Shown here piece after piece: positions 8,810 through 17,700 of a stretch of 20,000 bases of DNA. Made by a program: the position numbers and the translations under genes. The first letter of the stretch is position 1, and each line of letters begins with the position of its first letter. The DNA comes from Thraustochytrium aureum (lineage: Eukaryota): assembly GCA_012862495.1 (NCBI GenBank), contig BLSG01000088.1, positions 163,770 through 183,769 of the forward strand, read 5' to 3'. The notes under the pieces are model-generated. The model was not told where the DNA came from. It saw only the letters and a program-made list of their open reading frames with translations, and did no database searches.

Positions 8810-9898
8810 CTACATGACAATCTCCTCCTCGTTGTCCGCCACAGCTGACCGCGCGGACGGCGCCACGCGCCGACCGCTCTCGAGCCCACAACCGAAAGCT
8901 GCCTCGGCGGCGGCAGCTGGCGCCGCCACCTCCTCGTCGTCCTCGTCCGTGGAAGGACCAGCGTGCGCAAGCAGTGCGCCGCCCACCACGTTCAAAAGCG
9001 CGACCATCAGAGACACGCTCCGAATGCCGCCCGCGGCCTGCGCCGCGGCGGCCGAGCCAGAGGCCTGCGCGCCAGAGCACAGCAGCAACGATCCCCCCAC
9101 CACGCCGGCAAGGCAGAGACGGTTCAGAACCTTGCCCTTGCTCATCCCGAGCGTCGCGGAAATGGCATCGATCATGTACGACTGAGCAATGCTCAGCTCG
9201 TCAGACGCCTCGCGCTTGGAGACTTGTTCGCTGAGCTCGGGCGAGTCGAACGTGATCATCTCGTGGCCCTTCTCGACCAAGAGGCGTGCAGCCCTCGAAG
9301 CCGCTTCCACGCGATCGTCAACGACGCCAACGCCGCAGAGCTCGCCGGTTTCATCGTTCTCGTCGTCCTCCGCATCCTGGGCGGAGGGCTCTTCCTCGGC
9401 CACGCCCTCGAGCGTGTCGGTAGGCTGTTCGCGAGCGCCCTGCCCGAGAGGCACAGGCTGCTCGGAGCTCGGCCGCCGCGCTGTGAGCCGCGGCGAGTTG
9501 CGGTCCGACAGCGACGACGAACGGGATTGATGCTGCTCGCCCGTTGAGGCGCTCATCGACGTCTCGCTCGAGCTCCAGCTCAGCGCTTTCGTGCGCGCTT
9601 CGTTGCCCTCGGTGCAGGACTCGGGCTCATCGCAGTGATCCCCGCCGTTCGTGCGGTCGGCATTTTGGCTGTACACGCTGGCCGACTCGTCGTCACTATA
9701 TTCACTCTCCTCCTCGTTCCCGTCCAGCGGCGTGAAGAAATCCCAGTCCCTGGGCTCCACGTCCTCCTCGAACTCATCTTCCCCAGGCGCCTTGTACAAC
9801 GGGCTGTGCACAACCTTACTCCTCGCCTTGGGCAGAAGTGCCATCAAGTCCCCCACCCTTCGCCGCGCCTCCTCCTCTTGAAACGCGTGTCCGTCCAT
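8810..9898 (-). CDS. Hypothetical acidic, low-complexity protein with two C-terminal hydrophobic (probable transmembrane) segments
   Basis: 362 aa from ATG 9898 (MDGHAFQEEE...) to TAG at 8810-8812. D/E/S-rich middle. Hydrophobic LCLAGVVGGSLLLC and VSLMVALLNVVGGALLA near the C-terminus. An AT-rich tract (8771-8790) follows the stop. Confidence 0.7.
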   Translation of the reverse strand: MDGHAFQEEEARRRVGDLMALLPKARSKVVHSPLYKAPGEDEFEEDVEPRDWDFFTPLDGNEEESEYSDDESASVYSQNADRTNGGDHCDEPESCTEGNEARTKALSWSSSETSMSASTGEQHQSRSSSLSDRNSPRLTARRPSSEQPVPLGQGAREQPTDTLEGVAEEEPSAQDAEDDENDETGELCGVGVVDDRVEAASRAARLLVEKGHEMITFDSPELSEQVSKREASDELSIAQSYMIDAISATLGMSKGKVLNRLCLAGVVGGSLLLCSGAQASGSAAAAQAAGGIRSVSLMVALLNVVGGALLAHAGPSTDEDDEEVAAPAAAAEAAFGCGLESGRRVAPSARSAVADNEEEIVM

Positions 9899-11314
9899 CT
9901 CGGACGGCTCGCGGGCCCGCGGCGAGCAGCCCAGCCCCGCCCGATCAATGCCGCGGCGGACCTCCAGCACAGCGGCCAGCGCAGCGACCAGAATCGCCTC
10001 ACAACGCGCGACCAGCCTTAGCTAGGCAAACCGCGCACGGGCGCTTCGTGCGCACGGACGCGTCGCCTTTCTGCCGGCCTGCCTGGCTGGACTTGGTGTC
10101 CTGGCACACTCGACAGCGTCCAGGCCGACCTGCGTGTCCTCGTAGTCCAGGCTGCACCGGCCGTCCTGGCTCTGCCGCGTCAGTGCCAACACCGTTGCGC
10201 CGATGCACCTGAGCGCGTCGCGGCGATCCTCTGCCGCCAGGCAGCAGCGTCTCCAACAGTCAGGCAGGCAGGCCTCGTGCGCGTCCAGGCCGGCCGTCCC
10301 TGCACGCCACACGACTCGCGGCACGCGTGCCTCGGGTGTCCTGGCCGCAACCGCAGTTCGCTCCACGGGATGCAGCTCTGCTCTCCTGTCTCGGCTCTGG
10401 GCTCTGGACGCACGCGTGGCTGCTCGCTCGCTCTCCATCAAGCTACCTACCCACTTGCTCGCTCGCTGCCTTGTCCGCTGCGGTCGAAAACGACCAGGTG
10501 AAACCCATTTCCTCACTCCCTCACTCCCTTCCGGCTCACCTCCCACAGCGAGGAACGTTCGCTTGTTCCGCGTGACGCTCGATCGGCGCCGGGAGGGTTC
10601 GCTCAAGAGCGGCGCGGTGCTCTCATGGAAACGCGTGGCTTTGGCGGAGGTTTTCTCCGGTTGTTCTGAGGGGAGACCGCGAGTGCCTCTGAGGGTTTGG
10701 CAGAGGGGGCCGCTCGAAATGGGAGAAATGGGAACGCGCTCTCAGGTTGTTGTGAGGGGGAGGGACGTTTGGAAGGGCGCCTCACAGGATTGCCGGCGCG
10801 TCATGCAGGGAGGCTCCCTCAGCGCGCTGTACCTCACACAGGCGGCAGCAGGGAGGCTGTGAGGGGGCGAGGGGAGTTCGTCCCGCTGTGAGGGGGTCGA
10901 GCGGTAAGCTTTTCAAGAGCGGGTCATTCCGACGATGCTCCTCCTCCGCGAGGATGTGAGGGGACCGCGAGTCCGGCCCTGGCGTGGAGGTCGGTCAACT
11001 TCCTGACGCGAGCGGCTCTCGTCACAGAGGACCCCGTGTGATGCGGGAGGTGCGTCGCAGGGAGGCCCTCGTTCGCGGGCGCGGGGGTGAAATGGCTTTC
11101 ACCGTGCGCGGCGCAGAACGCGACCGGACAAGTGCGAGACAACCGCCAGGATGTCGCCGCGCTGCTCTGCGACGCGGGCACCGCGCCTGCGGGGAAAAGG
11201 CGCCCGGGTAGACGTTCGCTCTATTATCGCGGCGGGGGCGCGGAGCTGGGCGGCCGGGGCCCCCCCGTAGTAACTCGCGATTCGTCGCCTTTTCCCTAGT
11301 TGCTCCGAGCATGC

Positions 11315-11348
11315 ATAAAGTGCGGTATAAAGTGCGGTATAAAGTGCG
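11315..11348. repeat. 12-bp tandem repeat (ATAAAGTGCGGT, about 2.8 copies)
   Basis: Copies at 11315, 11327 and 11339 (last truncated). The junctions create TATAAA twice. Confidence 0.85.
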
Positions 11349-11580
11349 AGGTGCCGAGAATGTTTCCCCAAAGGCACCTTTGTGCTTGCTTGGGGCGCAT
11401 TGTTGTCCACGTATGTTCTCACTGTACGCGACGGTGTGAATGAATGTCAAAATTCAACATTCATTCGTGTTGTTTGCTGACGATGCATTCGTCGCTGGAG
11501 AATGTGCGAGCGATGGACGACTCCACGAGGGTTTGGACGAGATAGAAGGAAGATCAGATCGTCGTTGCGCGGGGCGTTCT

Positions 11581-11608
11581 GTTGTTGTTGTTGTTGTTGC
11601 TGCTGCTG
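11581..11608. repeat. Compound microsatellite (GTT)6(GCT)3
   Basis: gttgttgttgttgttgttgctgctgctg read directly, about 45 bp upstream of the ATG at 11651. Confidence 0.9.
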
Positions 11609-11650
11609 TGGCTGCTGGAGCCTGGCAGCCGCGGTGCGGCGAGCGCGAAG

Positions 11651-14312
11651 ATGGGCACGAAGCGGTATGTGGCCGTGTGCAGGCCGCTGTCGCCCGTGCG
11701 CCTCGGCGTGCTGGGCGCTGCCGGGGCCCACTGCAAGGAGCAGCAAGCGCCTGCGACTCGACCTGCAGACGGTGGCAAAAGGCAGTCCCCGCTCGAGAAA
11801 CGTACGACTGCAAGCAAGGGTCTCCCGCCCGCGAGGTCTGCCGCCATACACGGTGCGCAAAAGGCGCGAGAGAGGGAGATCGAGCAGGCCATCGGCGCGA
11901 CCTCCTGCAAGCTGCTGCAGGCCGAAATCGGGGACAGCGGCCCCGCAGACCTCTTCGAGCCCGACACGCCAGCGGCGCGAAGCCAGCAGCGGGCCGCCAA
12001 GAGCCTGCAGGGCGTGATGAGCGAAACCTGGATTGACAACATGCTGGCCGACCGCCGCTCAAGCAACAACGACCGAGACACGTACCTGAGCGAGGCCGGC
12101 CTCGACCGCGCTGCGCTGGCGCAGCACGGCTTCAGCAAGGCAGAGGTTGACCGCATCTATCGCGCAATGTACGTCTACACGGTGGGCTTCCATCAGTGCG
12201 TCGAGGAAATCACCTCGAAAAACGACCAGGCCGGGCCGGAAGTCCTGGGCAAGGTCTGGCTCGTCTACTCGCAGCTCCTCGAAAAAGGAGACAGCGCCAA
12301 GCCTCCAAAGGGGTGCCCTCTTGGNNNNNNNNNNNNNNNNNNNNNNNNNNNNNNNNNNNNNNNNNNNNNNNNNNNNNNNNNNNNNNNNNNNNNNNNNNNN
12401 NNNNNNNNNNNNNNNNNNNNNNNNNNNNNNNNNNNNNNNNNNNNNNNNNNNNNNNNNNNNNNNNNNNNNNNNNNNNNNNNNNNNNNNNNNNNNNNNNNNN
12501 NNNNNNNNNNNNNNNNNNNNNNNNNNNNNNNNNNNNNNNNNNNNNNNNNNNNNNNNNNNNNNNNNNNNNNNNNNNNNNNNNNNNNNNNNNNNNNNNNNNN
12601 CAACCAAGCTCGCCGTCGACCAGGCCCAGCTTCTCCGCGGGCAACTAGCAAACCGCGACGTCGTCCTTGAGGACGCGCGCACCGCCGGGCAGCGGCTCCG
12701 GGAGGACTTGGAGCGCGCAGCGCAAACGAGGGCGGCGCTCGAGACGCAGATGAAATCCGACGCAGTCGAGCACCGAGCGCTCTACGCCAAGCTGCAAGAG
12801 GCGCGACTCGAGCTCGCCAAAAAAGACCAGGACATTATTCGATCTGAAAAGGTCTGCAGAGAATCCACGAGCGCGGCAGAGGCGCTCCGCGAGGCGCTCA
12901 CGAGAACGACGGTAGCGCTCCAGTCCGAGACCGAGGCGCACCAAGCCGCCAGCCAAGCAGCCTTCGAGGGACAGGCGCAGTCCACAAAGCTAAAAGCTAA
13001 ACTGGAGGTCCTCCTGCGAGACCACGCGTCGCTCGAAGCGCGCTTTCAGGCCCAGTTCGACGAACTCCGCGAGGTGAGGGCACAGCGCAACCTGGCCAAG
13101 CGCACCGCTGACGATCTGGAACGCAGGGCCCGCAACGCCGAGCGCCAGCTCAAGGCCGAGAGCGAAGAAACACTCAAAGCAAGAAAGGCAACCACCGACC
13201 TCCGGGCACGCTTCAACGAGGCCGAGCGCAGCCTCGTTGCCGCCACCGCAGAACGGGACAAGCTCGGCGACCAACTTGGCTCCCTCCGCCGCCATGTCCT
13301 CAAGCTGCGCGCCGCAAAGGACGAAATGCGCGAGGACCTGTCGAGGACCGAGGCAGAGCTGCGCCGCGTCGAGGGAGAGCTCGAGACCGTTCTTGTTCAG
13401 TTTGACAAAGAGTGCAAAGCGCGAGAGCAGCTGCAGGAAGAGCTGGGGCAGCGCTTAGTTGAGATTTCCGGTCTCGGCGAGGCGGCCAAGCGGGCCCGCA
13501 GAGCCCTCTCCGACAAACAAGAGCTTCTCTCGGAGGCCCGTATACAGGTCTCCGCCCTGGAAAGCAAGCTCATGCTCGAGCGCGCTGCCGCGCAAGAGCA
13601 AGACACGCTCTCGCGAAACCAGGCGACCCAGCTCGAGGCAACGATCGTCCGCCTCGAGACCGACCTTCGGGCCGCGCACGACGAAACTGCCGCCACTCTA
13701 GAGCGCGCGCGCTTCGCCGAGCGAGAGATCGAGCGGGCGCAGGGCCGGGCCATCGAGATGAAGGGCAAAGCAGAAGACCTCGGCCGCGCCGAGGAGCAAA
13801 TTACCAATCTCAGCCTCCAGGTCGACGCCGCAAACAAGGAGGCCGAGCGCGCAGAAGCCGTGGTCCAAAGCTTGTCCGAGGACATCAAGCGTATCACTGA
13901 GATCGTGGCCCCGGAGCAATTTGCCAAAATCGCAAGTGTGGAGCAGGTCGCGATTGAAGAGGCCGAGAACGAGGCGAGGGTGACAGGTCGCCGCAGGACC
14001 TCGCACGCGCTCGTTCAGCTGCAAGTCCGCAGGACGTTGCTGCGAGACGTCGAAAACGGCGTGCGTCGTCTCACCGACATGCTCAAACTTGAGTCAGCCG
14101 CCAACAAGACCTATCAGAACACTGGCGAGGCACAGCGCGAGGAGGCGGTCGCTGCGGCCACCGCCTCGTTGCGCGCGCACCTCAAGCAGCGGGACCTGGC
14201 CTACGCCAAGCTCAGCGAAGCACATGCCGAGCTGCAAGAGCGGTTTTCCGACCTAGAGGCGCGAATGCTCATGGAGTCGGCCTCCTCGAGGTCCTCGTCC
14301 CCGATCTCCTGA
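11651..14312 (+). CDS. Large coiled-coil protein with a small N-terminal globular domain, spanning the gap at 12325-12600
   Basis: The pre-gap frame starts MGTKRYVAV... and includes GLDRAALAQHGFSKAEVDRIYRAMYVYTVGFHQ...LGKVWLVYSQLLE. After the gap are about 570 aa of E/A/R/L/Q-rich heptad-like sequence ending at TGA 14310-14312. Joining the two parts across the gap is inferred. Confidence 0.75.
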
Positions 14313-14373
14313 AGGCCGGCCGCTCTGCATTCGGCTTGCAAGGAGGCGCGGCCATATCGCGGCCCTCGCTCTT

Positions 14374-14423
14374 GCTAGCTAGCTAGCTAGCTCTACTTGA
14401 GAGAGCTCTCCGGGGTAGAGCTA
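14374..14423. other. (GCTA)n run overlapping a 36-bp imperfect palindrome between convergent genes
   Basis: GCTAGCTAGCTAGCTAGCT at 14374-14392. Arms TAGCTCTAC (14388-14396) and GTAGAGCTA (14415-14423) share a centre with palindrome GAGAGCTCTC (14401-14410). Confidence 0.8.
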
Positions 14424-14733
14424 ATTACTCTTGGAAACCCCGTGGCCTGCTTGCTGGTGTTGCTCCCGCGCCTTGCAGGCGTCTACCTCTCTAGAGCTAG
14501 CGGCGCGGGATGAAGGTTGGATGGACTCCATTGGGATCGCGTGCGAGTCGGCCAGGCAGCCAGAGCCTTTCTCTGCCGCGTGGGCGGCGACAGGATGGGC
14601 GGACGTTGCGGGTTTCACTTTTGAAGGAGTGGCGACCAAACGCATGCGTGCAGCACCAGGTGACGAGGTCCTGTGCCAGTGTACGCCTGGCCATGAATTT
14701 GATTTGTCTAAGCTCAACGAGAGAGAGCTAGCT

Positions 14734-17700
14734 CTAGATGATGTCGTCTTCGTCGTCGTCGTCGAAGGTCGGCTGGCGCTTCGGCGGCGGCGGGGGCGGA
14801 GGAGGCGGAGGGGCTTGCGCCGATCCGGGAACGGTTGGGGGAGCACGGTGATGAGCCGGTACTTGGGGAGGCGGCCCCGCCCCAGCCTTCTTGGGAGGTG
14901 GCGGCGGCGGCGGCGCTGAAGTCGACGCTGCGAAAGGCTCGCGGCCCGAGCCGCCCTGCCGCGACATCCCCGACCCCTTCTTGGGCGGCGGCGGGGCGGC
15001 ACGCCACCATAACCCTGGTCCATGTTCTGGTGATCAGACGGCGCCGGTGGAGGCGACGCGCCAGACCGCTGGTGCTGCTCTGGCACGGGCGGCCGCGCAC
15101 CGCCGAACCCGGCCGGGCTTGCATGCTCCGGAGCACCAAAATCACTCTCCTGGCCGCTTAGCGAGGGCCCTGCCTCACCTGACGCCTGGTCCTCTTGCTG
15201 GCGCCTCCAGTCCTTCACGACTTGGTCCGGCTTGACTGGGCCTTTGAACGCCTCCTGCGGGAGCGTATTGCGCGTCCGGGGCCCTTCAAACCACACGTCC
15301 GTCTCGCCAGGCTGCCGCCGCTGAGCCACCTCGGCAACGCTCGGCGCGGTGCGCAAGGGTCCGCACAGCATCGTGCAATGCAGCGTTCGAACACACGACG
15401 TTCGCCCGTTTCGGCGCAGGAAGAACTCGAGATAGTTTTCCAGCTGCGAGGACGGTGGAAAGGCGCTCAGTAGCATCGAAAGCAAGTTCCAGCCGCGCGC
15501 CTCGCTTTCCGGGTTGGGATTCTGCGTGAGCTGCTTCATGACCTGGCAAAACATCTCGTCAATCAGCTCGGAGGTGGGGTTTTCGAGCCCCGTGCTTAGC
15601 AGCTCCAGCACCAGACTATCCACATTCTCATACTGCTTGTCACCCATGATGCCAGTCACGCTCTTGAACATCAGCGTCGCCGTTTTCTGCAGCGACTTGC
15701 CGTCCGGGCCCACAGCGTTCGGCTCGATCATTGTCAGCGAGGTGTGGATCTTGCCAAACGTCGGGTTGTAAAAGTGTAGCATGTTGTGCTTGTACCGGCT
15801 GAACGTGATCCGGAACCGCTTGGCAAACTCCTCCGGGCTCTTCAGGTTGGGAAAGTTCTCCAAGCTAAAGTTGTCGCTGCTCTCTTGCGAGTCAAACAAG
15901 AGGTCCTTGTGGGCCACAGAGAGGTCAACAGCACGCCGGTAGTTTTGCAAGGCGACCGCGGCGTCGCGTTGTCGCAGCAGCTGCCGGTCGCGGGGCAGCG
16001 CGAGAAATTCCCGCAGCGGCACGAGCTCGGGGATGTCAAGCCCGATCTCGTCGCAGCCATCCACAATTACGCGAGTCGGCTCCACCTCGAGGGCCTCGAC
16101 CGCCTCGCGCGCCTCGCGCGTGAGGTTCTGGACGTACATGTACAGCGTACGAGCGTGCTCGACCGTCTCGTTGCCCACCATGCCCTCGACGTCGCCCCAG
16201 CCGCACTCGGCCTGCAGCGTGAGCGCCTCGTACAGCATCATTTCGTCCACAGCCTGCACCGCGGTCAGGAGCTTGTTGCGCGTGAGTCGGATCTGCGGTA
16301 GGAGGTAGTCCGCGCGCTCCACCAAGCTGCGGATTTCCTCGTCCGCGTGCTGCTCCATGCGCAGCGCATGCGCCTGCTCGAGAGCAGTCGCCAGAGGCTC
16401 GTCGTTGACCGCATCGATACTCTCTGCGAGCTTTGTCGCAACCTTGTCCACTTCGGCCCTCAGCGCGAGCTCGGCTCCGATCAGCACGAGCTGCGCATCG
16501 TCCACAGCGAACAGCGCGTTGGCTGTGACGGAAAGCCCTTGACCCTCGCCCAGAAGCCGCTCCACCTGGACCCACTCGGGATCGTCAGCATGCTGCGCGC
16601 GCTCCATTGCAACGAGAACGGCCTCGTACAGGCGGAGCGCCCACTCGGCGCGGCGCCGCGCGTCTGGGCCGTCTGCGCTCTTCGGCTCCAAGGCTGAGGC
16701 CGCTCCAACCGGCTTGCCGAAGCTCGCGGATCCCGCCCTGCGTTCCGCTGACGTCAATGTTGTCCTCGCCCGCGTGCTTGCTCACCGCGCACTGGCGGCA
16801 GGCTTGGCCGCATGCGTCAAACGCGCGAGCCTCCGCCTCCAGCCCAGAGCGCGCGGCTCGAGCCTCCTGCAAGGCGTTCGCAACGGTTGGTGCGAGGGCC
16901 GAGCCCAAGGGAGGCCGCGGAGCTGGCGTCCAGGAGAGCGCCCAAATCTTTGAGCGACTCTGCGACGGTCCTGTGCGCAAGCTGGCCGAGCGCTGCCTTG
17001 AGCTCGGCGTGGAGCTTGCGCTGCTCGACAAAGGTGGCGTGGCGCGCGAGAAGAGTTCGCGCTTTCGGGTTGCCGGCAAAGGCCTTCGGGTCGCGTTTGA
17101 CGTACTTGCCCAGGTCTTGGCACAGGCGGTCGAGGTCCTCGAACAGCTTTTGGTCCATGCAGGCGTCGGCTGCGGCGCTCAAGCCTTCCAAGCGGTCAAT
17201 CTTCGGTTCGAGCGTTGCCTCGAGCCTGATCACCTCTTTGACTGCCTCAGCGTCATAGGCCTCTTTGAGCTTGAAAAACACACCGTGCGACAAGGCTAGC
17301 GCCGCGTCGAGGTCGGCGATGCGGCGGGACTCGATCGCCTTGCGCAGTTCAGAACGGGCCGCGCGCAGCTCTCCCAAGTGGTTGCGGACGTACATTCCGC
17401 GCGCGTGCTTTTGGATCTCTGCAGCGGCGCGGTTCAGCACGCCGAGGCGCTGGATTTCGAGCGAGCGGTGCTGGTCTGCGCGGTAGAGCACCATGGTCTT
17501 TCCGAAGCAGCACTCTGCGGCTGCAGGAACCGAGCGCGCCGCCATTGCGTTAAGGAGCTCTTCCGCGACCTTGCGAAAGCTGCCCGCCTTGCGCGCGTCC
17601 TGCCAGGCGCTCCGGCTCACCGCAGTGGGCTCCACGCAGCGGTACGTCGCAAAAAAGGACTCGTGCGATTTGCGGAACGGGTAGCCAATCTTGCGGATCT

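Noticed and set aside
10022..10606. 194-aa minus-strand ORF and overlapping 219-aa plus-strand ORF
   Set aside because: R/A/S-rich with no recognisable motif, as expected by chance at high GC. A small gene or upstream exon cannot be excluded.
11440..12156. Overlapping polyL/C/V/Q/T/N ORFs and an apparent Leu-rich signal peptide at 11582
   Set aside because: All derive from the (GTT)n(GCT)n microsatellite read in different frames. The first ATG of the coding frame is 11651.
14421..14990. Arg-rich C-terminus of ORF 14421..16757
   Set aside because: It is the out-of-frame reading of polyproline codons after a probable one-base deletion at ~14994. The Pro/acidic frame ending at 14734 is more plausible.
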